In this document: positions 55,259-64,000 of the stretch, one piece after another | How the letters are laid out: each line of letters starts with the position of its first letter | Position numbering within the stretch: the stretch's first letter is position 1 | NCBI GenBank assembly: GCA_003104935.1 | Contig: PQAE01000007.1 | Location: 47,221-111,220 of the forward strand | DNA from: Parcubacteria group bacterium | Lineage (GTDB): Bacteria; Patescibacteriota; Patescibacteriia; UBA1558; GWA2-36-10 | Direction: 5' to 3' | DNA: 64,000 bases | Translations under genes and position numbers: made by a program | The notes under the pieces: generated by a model | Database searches by the model: none | What the model was told of the DNA's origin: nothing | The model's input: the letters and a program-made list of their open reading frames with translations, nothing else

Positions 55259-56992
55259 TTATTCTCGTTTGATGCTTAAGACTTCGTCGATAGTGGTCAT
55301 GCCCATCAGCGCTTTTTGCATACCGTCTTCAAAAATGGTGATCATGCCCTCTTCTTTGGCGATATCTTCAATATCCCCGGAGGAAGCGTTGTTGATTATT
55401 TTATGCTGGACACGATCGGTGTTTTCCAATATCTCTAAAACCGACAATCTCTTGCGATAGCCGGTACCGTTGCACTGATCACAACCCTTGCCCCGGTAAA
55501 AAGTCAGTTCGGCAAAAGATTTAAATTTATCTTCAATGATATTTAACTTCTTAAAACGCTCCAGCATTTCTTCCAGATTAAACTCCTTGCTCAAAACCTT
55601 GAGTTCATCTTTAGATAACATATAGGAATAAATGCAACCCTGACAAACACGACGCACCAATCTTTGAGCCAGCACCACATTTAAAGTCGAGGCTACTAGA
55701 TACGGCTCTACGCCCATATCCAGGAGACGTGGCGGGGCGCCGGCGGCATTGTTGGTATGCAAGGTGGACAAAACCAAATGTCCGGTCAAACCGGCGCGTA
55801 CGGAAATCTGAGCCGTGTCGCTGTCGCGGATTTCACCGATCATGATAATGTCCGGATCTTGACGAAGTAGGGCGCGCAGGCCGTTGACAAAGTCGTAACC
55901 GGCTTTGATGTTAACCTGAGTTTGATTAACCCGATTGATACCATATTCGATCGGATCTTCGATGGTACAAATATTAACGTCTTCCGTATTTAAAATGTTT
56001 AGCACGGCATAAAGGGTAGTGGTCTTGCCGGAACCGGTCGGTCCGACTACCAAAATCATGCCAAAAGGTTTTTTAATCTGACGGTCCATAATCTCAATGT
56101 GTCGATCGGTAAAACCGATATCGGACAAAGTCATATCCTGGGCTTCATCGGTCATCAGCCGCATCTCTACTTTCTCCCCATAAAAAGCCGGGATGACCGA
56201 AACGCGTACCGATTCCTCTTCTTCATCCACTTTAAAAGAAAAACGTCCGTCCTGGGGAACGCGATGTTCATCGGTCCGCAGATTGGCTAATATTTTAATG
56301 CGCGCAACCAAAGCATCGTGCACTGTGGTGGGTAATTCGATCTTATCCTGCAGTTCACCGTCCACCCGAAAACGCACCACGACCGCATCGGGCAACGCTT
56401 CAATGTGAATATCCGAAGCCTGCTCAAACATAGCCGCTTCTAAGATGGCATCAATTATTTTTATGATCGGCACTTCGGCCTTAACTGTCTTTTCCGCTTC
56501 GGTCTGGGGAAACTTAGTGGCTAAAATCTTGGTAATCTCCGCCTTCATGTCTTTTTTATACAGACGCGAGGCAAAGCGGTAACTTTTGTAATTAGTAATA
56601 TAAGGAACTACCGTCTTTTTAGTGGCTTTTTTAACCAGGGCGATATTTTCCTCGTTAATCGGATCGATAAAAGCTACGTTTATCTTTTTGCCCTTAACTT
56701 CAAAAGGTATAGCCCGCGCCTGACGGACGGTTTCATCGTCTAGCTCCTGCAACACTGTCATATCCATTTTATATTTGCGCAGGTTGACATAGGGGATCTT
56801 GAGATTATCCCCAATTAATTCATATAAATAACGCTCATTAAAAAAACCGCGCTCAATCAAGACTTCTTCAATGCCCCGGCGACGCCGGTTAGCGTTGTGT
56901 TCAGCATCTTTCCAGTCTTGGGCGCTGATGACCTTAGCCTTAATAAGGACTTCTTTTAATTTTTCCAGAGATATTGGCAATGTTGCCGCCAT
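55259..56992 (-). CDS. pilB: type IV pilus assembly ATPase (GspE/PilB family)
   Basis: Walker A VVGPTGSGKTTTLYA; Asp/His boxes; tetracysteine CQGC...CDQCNGTGY. Confidence 0.9.
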   Translation of the reverse strand: MAATLPISLEKLKEVLIKAKVISAQDWKDAEHNANRRRRGIEEVLIERGFFNERYLYELIGDNLKIPYVNLRKYKMDMTVLQELDDETVRQARAIPFEVKGKKINVAFIDPINEENIALVKKATKKTVVPYITNYKSYRFASRLYKKDMKAEITKILATKFPQTEAEKTVKAEVPIIKIIDAILEAAMFEQASDIHIEALPDAVVVRFRVDGELQDKIELPTTVHDALVARIKILANLRTDEHRVPQDGRFSFKVDEEEESVRVSVIPAFYGEKVEMRLMTDEAQDMTLSDIGFTDRHIEIMDRQIKKPFGMILVVGPTGSGKTTTLYAVLNILNTEDVNICTIEDPIEYGINRVNQTQVNIKAGYDFVNGLRALLRQDPDIIMIGEIRDSDTAQISVRAGLTGHLVLSTLHTNNAAGAPPRLLDMGVEPYLVASTLNVVLAQRLVRRVCQGCIYSYMLSKDELKVLSKEFNLEEMLERFKKLNIIEDKFKSFAELTFYRGKGCDQCNGTGYRKRLSVLEILENTDRVQHKIINNASSGDIEDIAKEEGMITIFEDGMQKALMGMTTIDEVLSIKRE

Positions 56993-57061
56993 ATTAAGCT
57001 TTCCAAAGAATATTAATGACTAAATTATACCAAAAATCGGCTATTTATACAAAATAAATAA

Positions 57062-57092
57062 AAACCCCACGCCCGACAGTGTGGGGTTCTTA
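57062..57092 (-). terminator. rho-independent terminator of the protease gene
   Basis: Minus strand: CCCCACACTGTCGGGCGTGGGG followed by TTTTTATTT. Confidence 0.65.
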
Positions 57093-57110
57093 ATAATTAT
57101 TGTCAAAATA

Positions 57111-58364
57111 TTAGTTCGGGGACTTTTCTAGTTTTAATTTTACTTCTTTTTCCTGACCTTTACTCAGAACTCTTAGAGTCACTGAATCGCCGATTTTCTT
57201 TTGACGAATTATATAAGCCAGAGTCTGACTGCCGTCACTTGTTAGCTTTTGACCATCAATACTTAAAATAATATCGTTCTCTACCAAACCGGCCTTATCC
57301 GCCGGCGAACCTGGAATAACCGCTAATTCGCCGGGGTTAATTCCACGCGCAATCAGTACTCCGTAGTCAACGCTTAAATTATTTTTATCTTTCAAGGCTT
57401 GATCGATCTGCACATAACGAATACCCAAATATGGTCGGAAAATCGAGCCGTATTGTTTGACCGAATCGACCACACCTTTGACAATACTGATCGGCAGGGC
57501 AAAACCGACATTTTCTGAACCCTGAGCCACAGCCACATTAACGCCGATTACTTTTCCCTGTAAGTCTAACAATGGCCCGCCGGAATTACCAGGGTTGATG
57601 GCGGCGTCAGTTTGAATTACTTGGTCCAAATTTTCAGAACTACCTCCGTCGCCGGCCACAATAGAGCGGGACAAGCCTGATACTACTCCCACGGAAATTG
57701 AATTTCTAAATTGCCCCAGAGCATTACCGATGGCGATCACACTCTGACCGAGCTTAAGTTGGTCCGAATTTCCTAACTCCAGATACGGTGTATCTTTTTT
57801 GTCTATTTTTACAATAGCAACATCCAGAAAAGGATCGCGCGCTAAGACGGTCGCTGTATATTTTTTATTGTCGCTAGTGATGACAGTATATTCGGCCTGC
57901 GTATCAGACACTACATGTTTATTGGTTACCACCAGACCATCGGAAGAAACAAAAAATCCTGAGCCGCTACCGATCTCCTGTTTTTGCGTGCCATTTTGCC
58001 GATACTGTGGAATCTGCATACCAAAAAAATCTCCGAACGGACTACTATTATCAAAATATTGCTCGATCACCGGTACATCTTTACTGGCCACGATAGACAC
58101 AACGGCTGGATTGACCTTAGCCACCACACCCTCCACACTAAGGTCTCCGCCCATAATCTTATTACCCAAAACTTTATTTAGGTCGACTGATTTAGAGGAA
58201 TTATTTTTGCCCGCGGCAGAAGAGTCGGTTATATATTGATTGGCAAAATTGCCAAAGATACTGGTACGATGATCATAGACATACCAGCTCGCCGCCCCAA
58301 AAACCAGGGTGCTAACTAGGATATTTAGACCCACCAGCATTAGAATATTTTTTACGTTTTTCAT
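57111..58364 (-). CDS. HtrA/DegP family serine protease with a PDZ domain
   Basis: TNKHVV (His), catalytic Asp in DVAIVKI, GNSGGPLLD (Ser); C-terminal PDZ. Confidence 0.85.
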   Translation of the reverse strand: MKNVKNILMLVGLNILVSTLVFGAASWYVYDHRTSIFGNFANQYITDSSAAGKNNSSKSVDLNKVLGNKIMGGDLSVEGVVAKVNPAVVSIVASKDVPVIEQYFDNSSPFGDFFGMQIPQYRQNGTQKQEIGSGSGFFVSSDGLVVTNKHVVSDTQAEYTVITSDNKKYTATVLARDPFLDVAIVKIDKKDTPYLELGNSDQLKLGQSVIAIGNALGQFRNSISVGVVSGLSRSIVAGDGGSSENLDQVIQTDAAINPGNSGGPLLDLQGKVIGVNVAVAQGSENVGFALPISIVKGVVDSVKQYGSIFRPYLGIRYVQIDQALKDKNNLSVDYGVLIARGINPGELAVIPGSPADKAGLVENDIILSIDGQKLTSDGSQTLAYIIRQKKIGDSVTLRVLSKGQEKEVKLKLEKSPN

Positions 58365-58522
58365 ATTTAAAATATGCTATGTTTTCTATAATATATATTT
58401 TTTCCAAAAAAATCAAGACTGGCTGTTTATTATTTTATTACGAACAAAAGCCAATATTTATTTCAAAATAAAAAGGGACTAAATACCCCCTAAAATATTA
58501 TTATTTTTTAAAAAAGACTTGG

Positions 58523-60475
58523 TTAAAAAAACTGAAGATAAGCCAAAAGGCGATTGGTCCCGGGCCAGCGTAGCCCTGATAATAGACCGGTCATAAAACG
58601 AGAAATATTATTATACTCTCCGGCCAAAATATCATATTTACTTAGTGAGGCCAGTCCTAGATTCGACCAAGATTTTGCCAGGACAAACAAATGATTAAAG
58701 GCCAAACTAAGTTGACGGGTATTGCCAGCAATTTTGGAATTGAAATCGAATTTTACTAATCTATTTTGATCACCCTGCTCATTCCTACTGACGCCGCCCT
58801 GATATTGGATATAAACAATTTCCTTATAGGACGGCCTATTATCGGTATTGGCGTCGGCCGTGACGGTGGCGCTACCGGTCGTACCGCCGCCAGTAACTGA
58901 CAGTGTATGGGTATGAGACTGGCTGGCGATGGTAGTACCGTCAGCATCTCCTCCTAATTCATATTTAGCTGAGGTGCCGGCACTGACTGTAAAACTATGA
59001 CTATGGGAATTAATAGTATGAGTATGACCGGTTCCCGCCGAGTGGGTATGAGTAGCGGCTCCACCAGTGCCATTGATTTCACTATCGGCATTAGCTCCCT
59101 TGATAAATTTATCATTTAAATTAGGACAACCATTATTACCGTCACAAAGTACCCAACCACTGGGAATACTAGCGGTAGTGCCTGACCACATGGCAATAAT
59201 GTTGTTTGGATAATTAGCGCTACCGGTGTCATTTTGAATAATATTTAATTTGTAAAATGGAGGCTGACCATCGCCATTAGCTAATACGCCCACTCCGGAA
59301 ACCTCGGTAGCGGTTTGATTACCGCTTGATATGGTGTGTGTATGACTAGTGCGAGCTCCTCCAGCTACAGTAGAAGAAATTAAACTTCCGCCAACACTGG
59401 CTGATCCAGTGGTTCCAGTATGGGTATGAGCACTTTCGGTATGGGTATGACCGTTGTCCGTATGAGAATGATCATTTGCTGACCCGCCGGTTCCGCCACC
59501 GTTTCCGCTAGCCGCCGCTCCCTTAAGAAATCTATTGCCACTCTGACGTGACCAGCTAGCGGGTAGAGTATCAGAATCAAATAGAGCCCAAGCGCCGTTT
59601 GGTACACCGGCGGCCGTGCCATTTGATTGTATCCAGATTACTTCCGTATAAGGCGGATCATTGGATATGGCGCCTAAGTCGGCAGACGCCGCCACATTAC
59701 TACCCGAGGCATTAGCGGTAGTGATGGTTTGAGTATGAGCATTGGCCGCTCCCCCTATTCCCTCGGCAGTGTCATAAGTACCAGAGGCTGCTCCGGTGGT
59801 GCCGGTATGAGTATGGGCAATAGTGTGAGTATGCGTCGCAGAAGTATGGGTGTGAGTAGTATTACCGCCGGCTACAGCCGAAGGATTAGCCGTGGTACCC
59901 TCCAAATAATAAGCATCTAGATCCGTGACTCTGGTCCAGCCCGAGGGTATATTGATATTGGTAGAAGGCCAGGCGACGATGACTCCCGAGGGCACAGTCG
60001 CCGCCGGCGTACTGGCCACCGGAATAGTCGGCACTACATAACTATAACAATTATTAACTGCGTAGCTATTGCCCTGTTTTACAATATAATATCCCGTATC
60101 ATTACTATCACTACTTAGAGTGGGGTCCTTTATCGCCGCCGGCAAATAAGTCGCTAAATCACCTAAAATATCCGCCTTGGCGATCGGTTCAGTACTAGTG
60201 CAAGCACTGGTGCCGGAGGTACTGCCGCCTCTTTTCACGATCATATAGGGCGTATCCGCCGCCAGACTGCTTAAGCTCGCCGGAAAACCGTAGTTATCAA
60301 TGGCATACTGTTGGATAGCTCTTTGGATAGCCAGCACATCGGTGGTACGCACCGAATTCCAAGCCTCACCCATCCGTCTGGCCGGATTCATCGCCCGAAT
60401 CATAATAGTAGCGGTGATAGCTAACACGGCCACGACCAATATTATTTCCAAAAGCGTAAACCCTTTTTTAAGCAT
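58523..60475 (-). CDS. prepilin-type protein with a long Gly/Thr/His-rich repetitive domain (HTHT repeats)
   Basis: MLKKGFTLLEIILVVAVLAI; repeats NTTHTHTSATHTHTIAHTHTGTTG / HSHTDNGHTHTESAHTHTGTTG / ATHTHSAGTGHTHTINSHSHS. Confidence 0.7.
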   Translation of the reverse strand: MLKKGFTLLEIILVVAVLAITATIMIRAMNPARRMGEAWNSVRTTDVLAIQRAIQQYAIDNYGFPASLSSLAADTPYMIVKRGGSTSGTSACTSTEPIAKADILGDLATYLPAAIKDPTLSSDSNDTGYYIVKQGNSYAVNNCYSYVVPTIPVASTPAATVPSGVIVAWPSTNINIPSGWTRVTDLDAYYLEGTTANPSAVAGGNTTHTHTSATHTHTIAHTHTGTTGAASGTYDTAEGIGGAANAHTQTITTANASGSNVAASADLGAISNDPPYTEVIWIQSNGTAAGVPNGAWALFDSDTLPASWSRQSGNRFLKGAAASGNGGGTGGSANDHSHTDNGHTHTESAHTHTGTTGSASVGGSLISSTVAGGARTSHTHTISSGNQTATEVSGVGVLANGDGQPPFYKLNIIQNDTGSANYPNNIIAMWSGTTASIPSGWVLCDGNNGCPNLNDKFIKGANADSEINGTGGAATHTHSAGTGHTHTINSHSHSFTVSAGTSAKYELGGDADGTTIASQSHTHTLSVTGGGTTGSATVTADANTDNRPSYKEIVYIQYQGGVSRNEQGDQNRLVKFDFNSKIAGNTRQLSLAFNHLFVLAKSWSNLGLASLSKYDILAGEYNNISRFMTGLLSGLRWPGTNRLLAYLQFF

Positions 60476-60804
60476 GAATACAAAGCCTTTTAATTCTTTC
60501 TCTAAGGGGTCTCAACCCTGCTTCATTATAACATTTTTTAAAATAAACAAAAAATCATCCCAAAAAATCTCAGAGAGATGATTTTTTGTTTCCTTTTTAT
60601 AGAAACAAATAATGAGCTAGATTAACCCCAGATCTTAACAGCAGTAATGAACAATATAGCAACGAAGACTACCACCACTAAAAGCTCATAGACGTTTACT
60701 TTGGCTTTCATTTTTCCCCTCTTAATGATTATAAATATATTATAGCACAATTTTTAACAAAACAGAATAGTTCCGGACACCAGAAAACTTCCGGCGGCGA
60801 TATT

Positions 60805-62004
60805 CTATCCGAAAGACAACCACTGATGTTTAAAGATTAGAAGCAAACCGATGAGAATCATCAACGCGCCGCCGATCAGACTGGAATATTTGGCATATTT
60901 ATTACTCAGACCTGTAGCTCGCAGGGTAATCATGGCGCCGGCAAAAACCAAAAGATCGTCCATCATGAAAAATAATATATAAAGTAATATGTATGAATAA
61001 TATTCCCAGCCGCTCAGATGATTTATGGCTAAAACCTGGACGTACACCGCGGGAAAACCGGCGGAACAGACCAGTTCCAGCAAATTAACGGCACACGCTA
61101 GGACGATAATGCCTAAGATTGCCAAAACGTATTTTTCCCTAAGCGCCGCTTTTTTCAAACCTTCAAAAATGCGGCGGCGGGATGGCGCTTGGGTAATTTT
61201 ACAAGTACCGCGGCTCTGGTACCAAGATTTGATGTTCCAGGAACCGCCGCCTATGGCCACCAGACCGATGATGATTCGGACCCAGAATATAAACCCCAAA
61301 AATAAAATTATATTTAGCCAGGCGGCCATAAATAAAAAATAGACTACTGCTGAGGTGACCAAAAAAACTACGCCTAAAATCCACATACGCCGCCTATCTT
61401 TCAATCCGATCAACAGAGAGATTAAGAATATCAGGGCCCACATGGCGCAGGGATTAAAACCGTCTAAAATTCCCAGAACAATGGTCAGCGCCGGCAAAGA
61501 TAAATTATTTAATTCGATGTTTCCTATCCTCGGCAAACTTGATAAGGCCTTATTGGGGTCAGGTATCTGCTCGGAAGAGAGCGAATCATTGCTTTTCCTG
61601 AGGGCGTTTTGGATTAAATTTTCAATCTGTATTCCTGTAGTTTCCGCACTTAAAAACCCGGCAATATATTGGTCCCCGATCACTAAAAATGGCACCCCTG
61701 ACACATTGGCCTGCAATCGCTGGCCAAAATCCATCAGTAATTTTATGTTATCCTGGCTTTGGCTGACCTCAAAACGCTGGATATTGATCGCCGCGCCATA
61801 TTTTTTTTCCAGCTGGTCCAGAAAATAACCCTCCTTTATGCAGTGAGGACAAGTCTGGCTGTGAAAAAAATAAACTTCTAGAGGCACTCCAGCTGAAGCT
61901 GTAATCGGCGTCAGGCAGAATAAAAAAACTAAAGCGATTATTATTTTTTTTAGGCCAAACATAAAAATTATTTTTATATTACTTGCAAGGATACGAATAA
62001 CCAA
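60805..62004 (-). CDS. thioredoxin-fold CxxC domain fused to a CcdA/DsbD-like transmembrane domain (thiol:disulfide interchange)
   Basis: HSQTCPHCIKEGYFL (CxxC) plus LGILDGFNPCAMWALIFLISLL (DsbD transmembrane Cys). Confidence 0.7.
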   Translation of the reverse strand: MVIRILASNIKIIFMFGLKKIIIALVFLFCLTPITASAGVPLEVYFFHSQTCPHCIKEGYFLDQLEKKYGAAINIQRFEVSQSQDNIKLLMDFGQRLQANVSGVPFLVIGDQYIAGFLSAETTGIQIENLIQNALRKSNDSLSSEQIPDPNKALSSLPRIGNIELNNLSLPALTIVLGILDGFNPCAMWALIFLISLLIGLKDRRRMWILGVVFLVTSAVVYFLFMAAWLNIILFLGFIFWVRIIIGLVAIGGGSWNIKSWYQSRGTCKITQAPSRRRIFEGLKKAALREKYVLAILGIIVLACAVNLLELVCSAGFPAVYVQVLAINHLSGWEYYSYILLYILFFMMDDLLVFAGAMITLRATGLSNKYAKYSSLIGGALMILIGLLLIFKHQWLSFG

Positions 62005-62297
62005 AACAAGAAAACCATTAGCAATAGGTACGCAAAGGTATAAGCCAAAACCCTGAGCCCCTCCTTGACCTTATGATTTATAAAAAGAAAGGTGGCATAG
62101 CCGAAAACTAGTGAACTGGTAATACCGGCCGAAAATACCAGGAGCATAAGCATCAGAGCTCCTCCCATCGCTCCGGTGGCTTCAACAAAATGCTGACTGC
62201 TATACTGCATAAACGAGGCCACCAAGGCGCAGTATATGGCCACGCCCAGGGCCTGCCAAAAACCGATAGCCGCCAGAGATAAATTTTTTAGTTTCAT
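61974..62297 (-). CDS. hypothetical membrane protein
   Basis: Start taken at MKLKNLSLAA; three hydrophobic helices. Confidence 0.4.
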   Translation of the reverse strand: MKLKNLSLAAIGFWQALGVAIYCALVASFMQYSSQHFVEATGAMGGALMLMLLVFSAGITSSLVFGYATFLFINHKVKEGLRVLAYTFAYLLLMVFLFWLFVSLQVI

Positions 62298-62321
62298 ATA
62301 TTTATATTTTAATTTATTTTT

Positions 62322-62462
62322 GCGCCGCCGACTTGACCGCGAATCTAGGTGTGCTAACATTCCCTATTGCCAGTCGCCCGACCTTGGTCTGCGTACTAGC
62401 ATCCAGCGGGGTCAACGGAATCACATCTGAAGGCTTCCCGAAGGGGTGGTTCGCCACCCCTT
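62322..62462. ncRNA. candidate GC-rich structured RNA or leader ending in a UUCG-capped hairpin
   Basis: ~140-nt GC-rich non-coding stretch in an AT-rich genome; AAGGGGTGG-TTCG-CCACCCCTT perfect stem followed by TTAATTTTA. Confidence 0.3.
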
Positions 62463-62468
62463 TTAATT

Positions 62469-63116
62469 TTATTCTCTGCTGAAGACTATTGGTATTTCCA
62501 AAGCGTCATCATTGGCCGGCAGACCAGAAGGATTATCCTTCTTTAAAATCAAAGACCCGTTATTATAAACTGTCGGTTTTTCAAAAGTAATACTGACATA
62601 AAAAGGCACAAAATCCTCGGTCATCCACTCGCCGTCAGCTTTGGCTACACCTTGACCAATGATCTTACCGTCCCAGTCGGTGATCATGATCGGAAAAGAA
62701 CCCTCAAAAAACCACGTGCCCCTGGCCTGTCCGGAAATTAACATCGGACTACTAATTTTCTGATAAGGAATGATGGAATTTAATTTGACCAAATCGGCTT
62801 TGGCCTTAGCATTGCCGCTCTCTCCGGTAAATAGCTCCCCTTTGGCGCTAATGCAGGTGCTGGGGTCAGCTCCGACTACCGGATTACCCAAGCGAACACA
62901 ATCCATAAAGGAAGTAGGATCGGACAGAACCAAGCTGGAACCGGTTGATGTTTCTTGCTTTGACCGCTCGATGATACGCAACGCCTGCCCGGTGATTTCA
63001 TTTAGGCGGTAAAAATTTTTAATTTCCTGACCAACATAAACTCCGGCAATAAAAATAATTGCTACAAAAATTATAGCCGTTAAGACAGAGATATTGGTAC
63101 TTCCTCGCTGAGACAT
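62469..63116 (-). CDS. membrane-anchored protein with a Gmad2-type Ig-like domain
   Basis: N-terminal transmembrane helix; GTWFFEGSFPIMITDWDGKIIGQGVAKADGEWMTEDFVPF. Confidence 0.5.
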   Translation of the reverse strand: MSQRGSTNISVLTAIIFVAIIFIAGVYVGQEIKNFYRLNEITGQALRIIERSKQETSTGSSLVLSDPTSFMDCVRLGNPVVGADPSTCISAKGELFTGESGNAKAKADLVKLNSIIPYQKISSPMLISGQARGTWFFEGSFPIMITDWDGKIIGQGVAKADGEWMTEDFVPFYVSITFEKPTVYNNGSLILKKDNPSGLPANDDALEIPIVFSRE

Positions 63117-63276
63117 ATTTTTGTTTTACTTGCTTAAATATATACAAAAGTAAAAACAATTTTCCAACTGCTTTTCTATTATAGCAAATTGGCAAAAAAT
63201 ATGATAGAAACAACCAGACGTACTAAATCACCTCGCAAAAAAACGAATTCATTATGAGCTCGCTCTTTAGAAAATT

Positions 63277-63699
63277 CTATTTTTTCAGCAAATCCCTGAT
63301 TTCTTCCAAAAGTTGTACCTCCGGACTAGGCTGAGCTATTGCCGCCGTTTCTTCGGACTTCTTTTTTAGCTTATTAAAAAATCTCACGAGTAAAAACACG
63401 GCAAAAGCCACAATTATAAAACTAATAATCACACTGATAAAACTGCCGTAGTTTATGGTCACAGCTCCAGCCGCCCGGGCGTCAGCCAGAGTATGATAGG
63501 GCCCGGCCGACGATCCCGCTTTTAACAGAATGTACAAATTTGTAAAATCCACGCTACCCAAGAGCAAACCGATGGGTGGCATGATCAGGTCATCAACCAG
63601 CGATTTGACGATGGTAGAAAAAGAAGCTCCGATGATGATGCCGATGGCCATGTCCAGGACATTGCCTTTAAGGGCAAACTTTTTAAAATCGTCTAGCAT
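63277..63699 (-). CDS. mscL: large-conductance mechanosensitive channel
   Basis: MLDDFKKFALKGNVLDMAIGIIIGASFSTIVKSLVDDLIMPPIG. Confidence 0.9.
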   Translation of the reverse strand: MLDDFKKFALKGNVLDMAIGIIIGASFSTIVKSLVDDLIMPPIGLLLGSVDFTNLYILLKAGSSAGPYHTLADARAAGAVTINYGSFISVIISFIIVAFAVFLLVRFFNKLKKKSEETAAIAQPSPEVQLLEEIRDLLKK

Positions 63700-63709
63700 A
63701 TTTTTAATA

Positions 63710-63913
63710 TTAAAATCCCGTACCCACCGCCGAGGTAAGCACGCTCATATATTGCGGTAAAATAATAACCAGCCCGATTATCGGTAGGATAATCACTATA
63801 ATAGTGATAATCAAAGTCCAGAGAAAATACTGGCGCATTTTTTCCGAGGATTTATAAACCTGATCAATCTTGACCTCCAACACCGCTAATTTATCGGCTA
63901 TATCCTGTTCCAT
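63710..63913 (-). CDS. small membrane protein
   Basis: 67 aa with a hydrophobic helix LWTLIITIIVIILPIIGLVIIL. Confidence 0.35.
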   Translation of the reverse strand: MEQDIADKLAVLEVKIDQVYKSSEKMRQYFLWTLIITIIVIILPIIGLVIILPQYMSVLTSAVGTGF

Positions 63914-64000
63914 AAATATTTTTTAATAATTTTAGATTTATTTCAGTCATCTTCTCCGTCGTCACCCCGCGGTATAACGCTATTGGTGTTTTGGGTATTT

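Noticed and set aside
62322-62462. SRP (4.5S), 5S or RNase P RNA assignment for the GC-rich element
   Set aside because: No GGAA-capped helix-8 motif (AGGUCAGGUCCGGAAGGAAGCAGC), no 5S or P4 consensus seen by eye; left as an unclassified candidate.

Overview
AT-rich (~40% GC) genome with compact housekeeping operons (leuS, infB-rbfA-nrnA, clpP, rny-ymdB, hupB, rpsO-pnp, lspA-dksA, mscL), no Shine-Dalgarno sequences, a type IV pilus cluster and copper-resistance genes; this gene set is typical of Patescibacteria/CPR, which is an inference. The most unusual feature is an integron-like array at 4.07-10.6 kb. It holds at least 11 small co-oriented ORFs (ppnP and a RelE/RHH toxin-antitoxin pair among them), each bracketed by inverted repeats. 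Neighbouring palindromes share alternating 7-bp cores GTTRRRY / RYYYAAC, which are the integron attC R'/R'' boxes. A divergently encoded tyrosine recombinase and a TTTACA-17-TATTAT promoter sit at the head of the array. Unlike canonical integrons, the ORFs lie inside the palindromes, and the alternating site orientation also recalls Xer/dif modules. Two complete diversity-generating retroelements are present (RT 29024-29953 with TR1/VR1, and RT 45002-45988 with TR2/VR2). Both show adenine-specific TR/VR mismatches, divergently transcribed Avd-like genes, and a conserved G10-TATAAT element upstream of the RT. A 17-bp inverted-repeat family (TCATCCCGTTAGAGAT) places the start codons of infB, hupB and a copper-cluster gene inside perfect hairpin arms. 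Other notable items are a CsoR-controlled copper operon with a perfect operator palindrome, a tRNA-Ile with a UAU anticodon, a bPH_2 gene interrupted by an in-frame TAG, GC-rich islands, repeated palindromic elements, candidate structured RNAs, and a pilin with HTHT repeats. No CRISPR array and no rRNA genes were seen.
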